Below, piece by piece: positions 8,136 through 18,111 of a stretch of 21,523 nucleotides of DNA. Position 1 is the stretch's first letter, and each line of letters opens with the position of its first letter. The position numbers and the translations under genes are program-made. The notes below the pieces were generated by a model that was not told where the DNA came from, ran no database searches, and was given only the letters and a program-made list of their open reading frames with translations. The stretch is from an uncultured Chloroflexia bacterium (GTDB lineage Bacteria > Chloroflexota > Dehalococcoidia > DSTF01 > JALHUB01), in the NCBI GenBank assembly GCA_963726245.1, contig CAVSBT010000045.1, positions 1 through 21,523 on the forward strand, in the 5' to 3' direction.

Positions 8136-9514
8136 TGCGCTCGATGACGGGGCTGTGGACGAACCTGGCGCGGCGGCTGAGCGCTCTCCGGCTCAAGCGG
8201 AGCGGCCTGGCCCTTGCCGCCCTCTTTCTTCTCGCCCTGGGCCTCCGGCTGGCCTGGATCGCCTACGTTGACCCGTCGCCCCGCGACGGCCGCTTCGACG
8301 ACAGCGCCTGGTACGACAACAGCGCCAAGAACATCGCCAGCGGTAAGGGTTATCTCTTCTTCGATAACGCCCCCACGGCGGCCTGGCCCGTCGGCTATCC
8401 GGCCTTCGTGGCGGGCCTCTACCGCGTCACAGACGATAACGTGCTCTCGGCCAAGGTGGCCAACGCCTTCCTGGGAGCACTGACGGTGGTGGGGGTGTAC
8501 TTCCTGGGAAGGCTGGTGATCGGCCCGCGGGCCGGGTGGGCGGCCGCCCTCATTCTCACCTTCTTCCCGAACCAGGTCTTCTTCTCCACGCTGGTGATGT
8601 CGGAGATACTGTCGACCTTTCTCCTTCTACTGGTGCTGCTGGCGGTGGTCTACCTGACCCTGGACCGAGAGCGCAGCCGCTGGTGGGGCGCTGCCGTGGT
8701 CGGCGTGCTGGTCGGGCTGACGGCGATGGTGCGCGGCGAGTTCATGCTCTTCTTCCTGGTGCCGCTGTTGCCGTGGAGGCTGGTGCTGGGGAGCTGGCGG
8801 CGTGCCTTGGGCTACCTGGGCGTTGCCTTCGTGGCGATGGCCTTGGTGCTGACGCCGTGGACGGTGCGCAACACCGTGCGCCTTGGCTACCCTGTCGTCG
8901 TGTCGACAGGGGCAGTGGCCAACCTCCTGGCGGCGCACTGGTCGGGCGCTGATGGCGCGGGCACCTTCACCCCCGGCGATGCCATCCAGGAGCAGTACAA
9001 GAACCTCCCCAACCCGGAGAGGGAGATCGCGATGTACAAGGCGCACATTCGGAAGGCCGTGGCCTGGGCGGTGCGCCACCCCTGGGACGAGATCACGCTC
9101 GTGCCGCGCAAGCTCTACCACCTCTACCGGGACGACTCTCGCTCTGTGCAGTGGATCCAGGCCAAACCAGTCATGGGCCAGGAGGCGGAAGACTGGTGGA
9201 CCACCGTCTGCAACGGCTACTACTACGCCGTCGGCGGCTGGCTCCTCCTCAGCCTGCCGGCCTGGTGGTGCCTGCGCGACCCCAGGCGGCTGCTCCTCAT
9301 GCTGACCGTGCTTTACTTCTCGTTCATCTTCGGGGCGGTCTTCGTGGGCGACCCTCGATACCACTTCGCGCTCATACCGGCGGCGGTCGTGCTGGCCTCG
9401 CCGGCCCTGGTGGTCGTCTGGGACTACGTGAGGTGGCGTAGGGGGCCGATTGTCGAGGAGGGAGGGCGGCCTTCGCCCGGGCCGGACGTGCCTTTGGTGG
9501 AGGGTCTGCCCTAG
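8132..9514 (+). CDS. GT-C fold membrane glycosyltransferase, copy 3 (close paralog of copy 2)
   Basis: GTGA/TGATG overlap with copy 2, and 94 consecutive residues identical to copy 2 (FLLLLV...GYPVV). Confidence 0.8.
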   Translation: MMRSMTGLWTNLARRLSALRLKRSGLALAALFLLALGLRLAWIAYVDPSPRDGRFDDSAWYDNSAKNIASGKGYLFFDNAPTAAWPVGYPAFVAGLYRVTDDNVLSAKVANAFLGALTVVGVYFLGRLVIGPRAGWAAALILTFFPNQVFFSTLVMSEILSTFLLLLVLLAVVYLTLDRERSRWWGAAVVGVLVGLTAMVRGEFMLFFLVPLLPWRLVLGSWRRALGYLGVAFVAMALVLTPWTVRNTVRLGYPVVVSTGAVANLLAAHWSGADGAGTFTPGDAIQEQYKNLPNPEREIAMYKAHIRKAVAWAVRHPWDEITLVPRKLYHLYRDDSRSVQWIQAKPVMGQEAEDWWTTVCNGYYYAVGGWLLLSLPAWWCLRDPRRLLLMLTVLYFSFIFGAVFVGDPRYHFALIPAAVVLASPALVVVWDYVRWRRGPIVEEGGRPSPGPDVPLVEGLP

Positions 9515-10120
9515 ACGGAAGCCCTGGTCGCCACGTAGAGGTTGTTGAGGCCGAAGACGAAGCGACGGCGATGCTCGATGCGGAAGCCGCTGCTCGCTCA
9601 GCAGTCTGCGCACCTCGGAGTCCCAGAGCCCGTAGTCCTCGTCCGCCAGCATGCCCCGCTCGTGCTGGTCCGGGTCCTGCCTGAGACGCACGCGATGCGT
9701 GATCCGCCCGATGACGGGGTCGAGCATGGTGATTAGCAGACGCCCGGCGGGCCGCAGGACGCGGTGCACCTCATCCAGGACGGCCTTGCGGTTATTCGGC
9801 GTTATATGGTTGAGGGCCGCGAGGATAGAAGCCGTGTCGAAGGAAGCGTCCGGGAACGGGAGACGGCGGCTGTCGCAGAGCACGTCGATCTCCGGCCAGC
9901 GGTAGACGTCGACGCCGGCGCCGCGGCCGTGGCGTCGCACGAGTTGGTTCGGCCCGCAGCCCACGTCCAGGAGAAGGCCGCTGCAATAGGGAAGACAAAC
10001 CTCTGCCCGCTCGTCGTCCAGAGGGGTAAGGTGCAGCCGGCGAGATTGCTCCGGGGTTAGGAACATGAGCACGGGGAAGGCCGCCCGGTCCAGGAGCAGG
10101 CGAAGGCGGTTACGGGGCAT
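9511..10120 (-). CDS. Class I SAM-dependent methyltransferase (Methyltransf_11-like); apparent 1-bp insertion near 9592
   Basis: Motifs LLDVGCG, RLPFPDASFD and EVHRVLRPAGRLLI. After LSE the natural-looking C-terminus SGFRIEHRRRFVFGLNNLYVATRASV* lies in the next frame and stops at 9511-9513. Confidence 0.8.
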
Positions 10121-10280
10121 GGCGCCTGCCTTTCGAGACAGAAGTCGCCTGAAGGGTAGCACGGCGTCGGCGATTGAGGCCAGGCGCACCGGCGTCTCAC
10201 TTGCCGGTGGTGGAGCTATCATGTATACCTGCGGCGTGACGGCATGCCGCGCACCGTGGCGGCTGGCGAGGAGGTAGCCA

Positions 10281-11032
10281 TTGGCTGAGGAGAGGCGGAC
10301 GCCCGGAGGGATCCAGACGCCTGGTGATCATCCCCGCCTTCAACGAGGCCGCCTCCCTGCGAGACGTGGTGCGCGAGGTGAGGGCGGCGGCGCCGGGATT
10401 CGACATCCTGGTTGTCAACGATGGCTCGGTCGACCAGACCGCCGACGTGGCCAGGTCGGAGGGCTGCGCCGTCCTGGACCTCTGCTTCAACCTGGGCATC
10501 GGCGGCGCCGTCCAGGCCGGCTTCAAGTACGCCGTCCAGGGCGGCTACGACGTGGCCGTGCAGGTGGACGGCGACGGTCAGCATCCAGCCGACCAGATCG
10601 AGGCCCTGAGCAGGCCGGTCGTCGAAGACGGCTGCGACATGGCGGTCGGCTCCCGTTACCTGGCTCCCGGCCGCTACGAGGGCGGCCGCCTGCGCCGCCT
10701 GGGCAACGCCGTCCTCTCCCGCATGTGCAGCCTGCTCTCCGGGCAGCAGGTCACCGACTGTACATCCGGCTTTCGAGCCTACAGCGCCCGCGCCCTCGCC
10801 TACCTGGCACACCGCTACCCCGTCGACTACCCGGAGCCGGAGTCCGTCGTCCTCCTGGCCCGCCAGGGGATGCGCATCAGGGAAGTGCCGGTGAAGATGC
10901 GCGAGCGCCGCTATGGCCGCTCTTCCATCACCGGCATGCGGCCCCTCTACTACATGACCAAGGTTGGCCTGGCCCTGGTGCTGGACATCGTCAAAGAGGC
11001 GCCCCGAGGGCCAGGAGGGAGGCAAGGCATGA
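10281..11032 (+). CDS. GT2 family DPM1-like polyprenol-phosphate glycosyltransferase (GacI/PpgS-like); likely frameshift between the TTG start and 10321; as assembled it reads through into DUF2304
   Basis: Motifs LVIIPAFNEA, VVNDGSVD, NLGIGGA, QVDGDGQHP, GSRY, DCTSGFRA, DYPEPE and EVPVKMRER. RBS GAGGAGGT lies 5 nt before TTG 10281, which is in a different frame from the domain. Confidence 0.8.
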
Positions 11033-11409
11033 GACCGATCAGCGCCTTTGTGGTCTTCGTGGCGGTGGTTATCGCCCTGGTCGTGGTCTACTATATCCGC
11101 CGCTGGCGGCTACGGGAGGAGTACTCGCTGCTCTGGCTCCTCCTCAGCGCCGCCCTCATCGTTCTCACCATCGACCAGGGGGTCATGGAGTGGGCGGCGC
11201 GCCGTCTGGACGTGGCCTACTCGCCGGCGGTGCTGTTCTTCCTGGCCCTCGCCTTCGTGGCGGTCATGCTCTTCCACTACTCGCTGGAGATATCCCGGCT
11301 GTCGGACCAGAACAAGATGCTGGCCCAGGAGATGAGCCTTCTCCAGGCGAAGCTGGAGGCGGCAGGACGGCGTGAGACGCCGCCGGGGAAGGCCGCGCCG
11401 TCAGAGTAG
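11029..11409 (+). CDS. DUF2304 small membrane protein (GacJ/Rv3632-like partner of GT2)
   Basis: ATG 11029 with GGAGG upstream. Pattern IRR.RLREEYSLLWL, three hydrophobic helices, then ISRLSDQNKMLAQE coiled tail. Directly follows the GT2. Confidence 0.75.
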   Translation: MRPISAFVVFVAVVIALVVVYYIRRWRLREEYSLLWLLLSAALIVLTIDQGVMEWAARRLDVAYSPAVLFFLALAFVAVMLFHYSLEISRLSDQNKMLAQEMSLLQAKLEAAGRRETPPGKAAPSE

Positions 11410-11463
11410 GTCGGGGTCTTCAGACCCCGACAGATGCGCGGGGGTCTCAAGACCCCCGCCTAC
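11406..11463. repeat. GTAG-type REP inverted doublet, subfamily A
   Basis: GTAG-GTCGGGGTCT-TC-AGACCCCGAC ... GCGGGGGTCT-CA-AGACCCCCGC-CTAC. Confidence 0.75.
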
Positions 11464-11489
11464 GACGCCACCTCACGACCAGCGTACCC

Positions 11490-11542
11490 GTAGGGACAGA
11501 GCTTTAGCTCTGTCCAGGGCCGAGCTGAAGCTCGGCCCCTAC
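11490..11542. repeat. GTAG-type REP inverted doublet, subfamily B
   Basis: GTAG-GGACAGAGCT-TT-AGCTCTGTCC-A-GGGCCGAGCT-GA-AGCTCGGCCC-CTAC. Confidence 0.75.
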
Positions 11543-11648
11543 GGAATCGCCACCTCCGTCAGTGACTATAGGGAGGGCACAGGCCCTCTCGTGCCCCAGC
11601 GTCCACGCTGGGCGCGTCTCCGAAGTACCGCCGCGGAAGGCGGCGCCG

Positions 11649-12761
11649 TCAGAAGTTGATTTGCCGGTGACGGACGACGATGCTCTCTAGTATGCCGAGG
11701 GCCACGAAGAGGGTCAGGAGAGAGCTACCACCCTGACTCACGAAGGGCAAGGGGATGCCGGTGACGGGTATGATGCGCAGGTTCACGCCCACGTTGATGA
11801 AGACCTGGAAGAGGATGAAGATGACAATGCCCGTCGCCAGCAGGCGGCCGAACATGTCGCGGGACACCGCCGCCACGCGCACGCCGCGCATCAAGAGGAT
11901 GATGAACAGCCCGAAGAGAAGCAGGGCCCCCACGAAGCCCAGCTCTTCCCCCAGCACGCTGAAGATGTAGTCCGTGGTCTGGGTGCGCAGGTAGTCGAGC
12001 TGCGTCTGCGTGCCGTGCGTCAGCCCCTTCCCCAGTAAGCCTCCCGAACCGATGCTAATCTCCGCCTGAAGAATGTTGAAGCCGGAGCCCAGGGCTTCCT
12101 TCGCGGGGTCCAGGAAGAGGGCCAGTCGCTCCCGCTGGTACTCGGTCAGTAGCCTGGCGATGGCGAAGGGCACAGAGGCCAGGAAGCCGCCCAGCAGGGC
12201 GAGCACGTATCGCATCGGCGCGCCCGCCATGACGACCATGCCCAGCCAGATGGCGGCGAAGATGACAGTCGAACCCAGGTCGGGCTCGGCGAAAACGAGG
12301 GCCGCCGGCACGGCGGCGATGGCGAGCGAACCGAGGAAGATCTTCCACTCCTTCAGCCGCTCCTGGTTGTCCGACAGGTACTTGGCGAGGACGATGATCA
12401 CGCCCAGCTTCGCGATCTCCGAGGGCTGGACCTGGGTCCCGCCCACCTCGACCCAGCGCCGCGAGCCGTAGGCGATGGCGCCTACAATCAGCACAAAGAC
12501 CAGGACAGCCAGGATGGAGATGTAGAGGCCGAACCAGCCGTATCCCAGCACGCGGTAGTCGACGCGCGAGAGCAGGAGGGCGATGACCACACCCACGGAG
12601 GCGAAGGCTAGCTGGCGGGCCACGGGATGGCGGAGGGCGTCGGCGCCGTGGCCGTATGTGGTGAGGCTGCCGCTGTAGATGAGGACCGCTCCGTAGGCCA
12701 CCAGGGCCAGGGCGGCGGCCATCAGGATGAAGTCGAAGTGGCGGATGTTGCCTCGTATCAT
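11649..12761 (-). CDS. rodA: Rod shape-determining protein RodA (SEDS peptidoglycan glycosyltransferase)
   Basis: ATG overlaps the mrdA stop (TAATG). Motifs GSRRW, QPSEIAK, EPDLGS, IGSGGLLGKG, TDYIFSVLGEELGFVG and PVTGIPLPFVSQGGSS. Confidence 0.92.
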   Translation of the reverse strand: MIRGNIRHFDFILMAAALALVAYGAVLIYSGSLTTYGHGADALRHPVARQLAFASVGVVIALLLSRVDYRVLGYGWFGLYISILAVLVFVLIVGAIAYGSRRWVEVGGTQVQPSEIAKLGVIIVLAKYLSDNQERLKEWKIFLGSLAIAAVPAALVFAEPDLGSTVIFAAIWLGMVVMAGAPMRYVLALLGGFLASVPFAIARLLTEYQRERLALFLDPAKEALGSGFNILQAEISIGSGGLLGKGLTHGTQTQLDYLRTQTTDYIFSVLGEELGFVGALLLFGLFIILLMRGVRVAAVSRDMFGRLLATGIVIFILFQVFINVGVNLRIIPVTGIPLPFVSQGGSSLLTLFVALGILESIVVRHRQINF

Positions 12762-14671
12762 TACGGCCCTGCGGCGAAAGCCTGCCGGTGGAAGTAGTAG
12801 TCCATGATGCGGGCGGCCGCGGGGGCGGCATTGCGGGCGCCATTGCCCTTCTCCAGGAAGACGGTGACGGCGATCTGCGGGTCCTGGAAGGGCGCAAAGC
12901 CGCTGAACCAGGCATGGGTCTCGTATTGACCGTCGGCTAGAGGCTGGCCGAACTCGGCGGTGCCCGTCTTGCCTGCCACCTGCACCCCGTTGATCGCGGC
13001 GTCCTTGACCGTGCCCCAGGCAACCGCCTGACGCATGGCCTCTCGAAACACGCTGAGGTTCGACGGGTCCACGGGCAGGCGCTGTTTGACCGTTCGCTTG
13101 AAGGGCCCCACGATGTTGCCCGCCGTGTCCGTCAGGTCCTTCACCACCCGGGGCACCAGGACGTCGCCGCCGTTGGCGATGGCGGCGGTAACGAGGGCCA
13201 TCTGGAGGGGAGTCGTCGCCACGTAGCCCTGGCCGATCCCCATGTTGTAGGTGTCGCCTGTCACCCACGGTTCGTGGATGGTGCTCTCCTTCCAGGCCGG
13301 GTCGGGTACCAGCCCCGGCGACTCGCCCGGCAGGTCGATGCCGGTGGCGCTGCCCAGGCCGAACGCGCGGGCATAGCGGGCCAGATTATCGATGCCCAGC
13401 CCGTGGAAGACCTCTCGCCCGTTCTCGGAGTAGCCTCCCGCCAGGTAGTAGAAGTACACGTCCGAGGACATGGCGACGCCGCCGTAAAAGTTGAGGGTGC
13501 CCAGCACCGACCAGTCGCGGAAGACGTAGCGGATGGAAGGGTCGTACTGGTTGGGCACCGTGATGTAGCCGTTGCTGGTGATCGTGGTGCTGGCGGTCGC
13601 CACGCCCTCCTGGAGGGCGGCCACGCCGGTCACCTGCTTGAATATGCTGCCCGGTGGGTACATCTCGCTGATGGTGTGGTTCAGCAAAGGCCGCCCCGGA
13701 TCGTCCAGGAGCGCCTGGAGCTGTTCGTCTGTCAGGGTTCCGGAGAAGAGATTGTTGTCGAAGGAGGGTAGCGAGACCATGGCCAGCACCTCGCCGGTGT
13801 TCACGTCGAGCACAACGGCGGCGGCGTTGCGCGAGCCGTCGGTCATGGCCTGCTGGAGGATGTCAGTGACCTTCTGCTGGAGGTCCAGGTCGATGCTGAG
13901 AGCCAGGCTGAGGCCGGGGCGGGCAGGCGTCTCACTGAGGGTCCGGATCTCGCGGCCGGAGGCGTCGATCTCGACCTGCTTCTTGCCGACGGCGCCGCGG
14001 AGCACGCTCTCGTAGGTCATCTCCACGCCTGACTTGCCCACCCGGTCGTTGAGCTGGTAGCCCTTCGACTGCAGCTCCGGGTACTCGCTCTCATCGATGG
14101 GGCCGACGTAGCCGAGGATTTGAGCCACCAGCGGGCCGATAGTGTAGTGGCGGACGGGCTCCGCCAGCACCTCCACGCCGGGCAGTCGCGACTGCATCTC
14201 GCGGAGGGTGAAGGCGGTCTCCTCGCTGAGGTCGCGCTTGAGGACCAGCGGCGTGAAGGGGTCGTTGCTGGTGCGATGGGCCTCGATCTCCTTCGCCATC
14301 TCGGCGGCGGGCGTCTGAAGCAACGCCTCCAGTTGCGCCAGCACCTTGTCCTGCTCCTCGCGGGGCAGGTCAGCGGGGACGACGGCCGCCGAGAAGCTGG
14401 GGACGTTCTCCACCAGCGGCGTCCCGAAGCGGTCGTAGATGAGCCCTCGGGAAGGGACCACGGGCAGCTCGCGCAGGCGGTTGGTCTCCGCGCGCTGGGT
14501 GTACGCTTCGCCCTGGAAGATCTGAAGCCGCACAAGCTGGAGGCTGAGGACGGCAAAGAGAGCCAGGATGACGAGCCGGAGGTAGAAGAACTTATTGTGA
14601 AGCGTCTCCGCCTCGTTGGGGACCTCGCGGCGGCGTGAACGCCAGCGTCTCTGTCTCTGGAAAGGGCCCAT
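12761..14671 (-). CDS. mrdA: Penicillin-binding protein 2 (class B transpeptidase)
   Basis: N-terminal membrane anchor, RGLIYDR, GKSGVE, and catalytic motifs SIFK, SSD and KTG. Confidence 0.93.
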   Translation of the reverse strand: MGPFQRQRRWRSRRREVPNEAETLHNKFFYLRLVILALFAVLSLQLVRLQIFQGEAYTQRAETNRLRELPVVPSRGLIYDRFGTPLVENVPSFSAAVVPADLPREEQDKVLAQLEALLQTPAAEMAKEIEAHRTSNDPFTPLVLKRDLSEETAFTLREMQSRLPGVEVLAEPVRHYTIGPLVAQILGYVGPIDESEYPELQSKGYQLNDRVGKSGVEMTYESVLRGAVGKKQVEIDASGREIRTLSETPARPGLSLALSIDLDLQQKVTDILQQAMTDGSRNAAAVVLDVNTGEVLAMVSLPSFDNNLFSGTLTDEQLQALLDDPGRPLLNHTISEMYPPGSIFKQVTGVAALQEGVATASTTITSNGYITVPNQYDPSIRYVFRDWSVLGTLNFYGGVAMSSDVYFYYLAGGYSENGREVFHGLGIDNLARYARAFGLGSATGIDLPGESPGLVPDPAWKESTIHEPWVTGDTYNMGIGQGYVATTPLQMALVTAAIANGGDVLVPRVVKDLTDTAGNIVGPFKRTVKQRLPVDPSNLSVFREAMRQAVAWGTVKDAAINGVQVAGKTGTAEFGQPLADGQYETHAWFSGFAPFQDPQIAVTVFLEKGNGARNAAPAAARIMDYYFHRQAFAAGP

Positions 14672-14721
14672 AGCTCTCGGCTACCTGTCCCGAAGCTCTG
14701 GGAACAGGGGGATATCACTCC

Positions 14722-15219
14722 TCACAGGGGCCGGGCTCTCCGCAGGTCCCGGCTGCCCAGCCACAAGAGCCCGTAGACGGGCGGAACCAGCAGGGCGTTG
14801 ACGATGGCCGCCGGGACGACGACCCGTGAGAGAGTGCCCCACCACTGCACCGTCTCACCGGTTACCCGCAAGGTTAACAGAATGATGACTTCGTATGCTA
14901 GCGTGGAGAGAAGGATGAGAAGGATGGCGAGAAGGAAGTCGCCCTGGATGATCCGCGCCTCGCGGATCTCGGTCAAGAGCACCAGGGGGACCAGGGCGAG
15001 CATGGCCGCGCCCAGGAGCTGCCCATCCATCAGGCCCAGGGCCAGACCGCCCATAGGCACGACCACCATGGCCTCCTCCAGGCCGCGCACCATCGCCCAC
15101 GATAGCAGCAGCACCAGCATCAGGTTCGCGTGCACGCCCAGCACCCGAAAGGACGAGAGGGCGCTTGTCTGGACGGCTGCGACCAGCAGCAAGAGGACGG
15201 CGGCGATGACGTATCTCAT
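14722..15219 (-). CDS. mreD: Rod shape-determining protein MreD
   Basis: 165-aa polytopic membrane protein with a GL.D motif, located between mreC and mrdA. Confidence 0.82.
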   Translation of the reverse strand: MRYVIAAVLLLLVAAVQTSALSSFRVLGVHANLMLVLLLSWAMVRGLEEAMVVVPMGGLALGLMDGQLLGAAMLALVPLVLLTEIREARIIQGDFLLAILLILLSTLAYEVIILLTLRVTGETVQWWGTLSRVVVPAAIVNALLVPPVYGLLWLGSRDLRRARPL

Positions 15220-16040
15220 GGCCCCTGTAGCTGCAACGGCGTGAAGCTCGTGAGGACCAGCACCGTCTCGAGTCTCGATAGGCTGGCCAGCGGCTCCACC
15301 GTCACGTCCTTGAAGATCTCCTGGCGGCTGCTCGCGACAGCGCTCACCCGGCCGATGATCAGGCCGGGCGGGAAGTCGCCGCCAATGCCGGAGGTGAGCA
15401 CCATGTCTCCCTCGTTGACGGTGGAGGCCTGGAGCAGGAACTCCATGGTCAGACGCCGGCTGTAGCTGCCGGAGACGACGCCCTGCGCCCTCGACTCCTG
15501 GACCATGGCGCTGACGGCGCTGTCCGGGTCAGTGATGAGGGTAGCCCAGGCGTAGTCGTCGTAGACGCGGGTGATGCTCCCCACCAGGCTGCCCCCTTCG
15601 GTGACCGCGACCATCCCTTCCTTGACGCCGTCCCGCTTGCCCCGGTCGATGGCTATCATCTCCTTTACGTTGCTCGGGTCGCGGGCGAAGACGTTGGCGA
15701 CCAGGAACTGCTCCTCCGGGTGGGCCTCCTTCACTTGAAGGAGCTGCGTTAGTTGCTGAAGGCGGGTCTCATCCTCGCGGAGGCGGGCTACCTCGGCGTT
15801 GAGGCGCTCGTTCTCGGCCCGCAGGGCCTGGTTCTCGTCCGTGAGCTCGCCGGTGCGTCGGATGTTGGAGATGAAGTCGGCAGCGGGCTCGCTGGCCCGC
15901 GTCAGGGCGTTCTGGAGCGGCGAGAACACGGTGAGGACGACGTTCTCCATGGGGCCCAGCACGCCGGCCTTGGCTAGGGCGAGGAGGAAGACGGCTAAGG
16001 CCATCACTACTAGGGTCCAGACGCCGGTGCGGGAACTCAA
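15216..16040 (-). CDS. mreC: Rod shape-determining protein MreC
   Basis: TM helix, coiled coil, then IDRGKRDGVKEGM, LVG.I and GDMVLTSGIGGDFPPGLIIGRV. Confidence 0.9.
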   Translation of the reverse strand: MSSRTGVWTLVVMALAVFLLALAKAGVLGPMENVVLTVFSPLQNALTRASEPAADFISNIRRTGELTDENQALRAENERLNAEVARLREDETRLQQLTQLLQVKEAHPEEQFLVANVFARDPSNVKEMIAIDRGKRDGVKEGMVAVTEGGSLVGSITRVYDDYAWATLITDPDSAVSAMVQESRAQGVVSGSYSRRLTMEFLLQASTVNEGDMVLTSGIGGDFPPGLIIGRVSAVASSRQEIFKDVTVEPLASLSRLETVLVLTSFTPLQLQGP

Positions 16041-16104
16041 GATGGCGGCCTCCTGTCGCCGGGGGCAGTCCTGGCTCCAGGCATATCCGATACGGACAGA
16101 GGTC

Positions 16105-17269
<1,165 letters not shown>

Positions 17270-17316
17270 TCAGGAGGCTTCGAAAAGGTGCCGGATGCAA
17301 ACCGAAACGGCAAGGC

Positions 17317-18111
17317 TCACCGGCCTCGAAAGTGCGGCTCCCGCTTCTCCAGGAAGCCGAGCACGCCCTCGCGGGCGTCCTCGCTCGCCTGGCACATCCG
17401 CGACCAGTACTCCTCCAGTCGCATGTGGTCCTCCAGGTCCTCCATCAGGCCCCGGTAGGCGAGGCGCTTCGTCGTCTCGATGGCCAGCGCTGGCCCCGCG
17501 GCGATGCGCTGGGCCAGTGCCGTGGCCTCGGGCAGGAGCTGGTCGGGGGGCGTCAGGCGGCTCACCAGCCCCAGGCGCAGCGCCTCCTGCGCGTCGAACA
17601 TGTCGCCGGTGTACATGAGCTCCAGGGCGCGGGCCATGCCGACGATGCGGGGCAGGAAGAAGGAGCAGCCGAAGTCCGGGCTGAGGCCCCGGCGGGCGAA
17701 GATGGCGCTGAACCGGGCCGTCTCCGAGGCGATGCGGATGTCGCAGGCCAGGGCCAGGGAGAAGCCGGCCCCCGCCGCCGTGCCGTTGACGGCGGCAATG
17801 GTGGGTTTCTGGCAGGCCACCACCTCGTGGGTGGCCATGTAGCCGTTGCGGAGCCATCGTGTCCTGCTGAACTCCCCCTGGGGCGCCTCCGCCTTGCCGG
17901 TGGACTCCCCCAGGTCGCTGCCGGCGCAGAAGCCGCGGCCGGCGCCCGTGATGATGACGGCCTTGGAGTCGTCGTCCTCGCTGGCCCGGCGCAGGGCGAC
18001 CATCAGCTCGTCCCAGCAGTCCCAAGTCATGGCGTTGAGCTTGGCGGGCCGGTTGAGGGTCATGGTGACGACGCCGTCCTGCCGCTCGACGAGCATGTTA
18101 CGGTACTCCAT
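17317..18111 (-). CDS. Enoyl-CoA hydratase/isomerase (crotonase) family protein
   Basis: Motifs TLNRPAKLNAM, IITGAGRGFCAGSDL, KPTIAAVNG.AAGAG.SLALACDIRIA, GLSPDFG and EDAREGV..FLEKREPHF. Confidence 0.92.
   Translation of the reverse strand: MEYRNMLVERQDGVVTMTLNRPAKLNAMTWDCWDELMVALRRASEDDDSKAVIITGAGRGFCAGSDLGESTGKAEAPQGEFSRTRWLRNGYMATHEVVACQKPTIAAVNGTAAGAGFSLALACDIRIASETARFSAIFARRGLSPDFGCSFFLPRIVGMARALELMYTGDMFDAQEALRLGLVSRLTPPDQLLPEATALAQRIAAGPALAIETTKRLAYRGLMEDLEDHMRLEEYWSRMCQASEDAREGVLGFLEKREPHFRGR

Noticed and set aside
6741-9514. GT paralog pair as a diversity-generating retroelement TR/VR
   Set aside because: Differences are not adenine-specific, the similarity spans whole genes, and there is no reverse transcriptase.
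8627-10222. 531-aa minus-strand ORF overlapping GT copy 3
   Set aside because: Only about 9592-10120 is methyltransferase; the rest is read-through after a frameshift into the antisense of the GT gene.
10281-11375. 364-aa Arg/Gly-rich ORF
   Set aside because: Off-frame shadow of GT2/DUF2304; only its first codons are likely the true GT2 start.
12762-13268. N-terminal extension of RodA in the ORF track
   Set aside because: It overlaps mrdA in another frame; RodA homology starts at the ATG at 12761.
14684-14708. Imperfect hairpin between mreD and mrdA
   Set aside because: Short bulged stem with no U-tract; not distinguishable from chance at this GC content.
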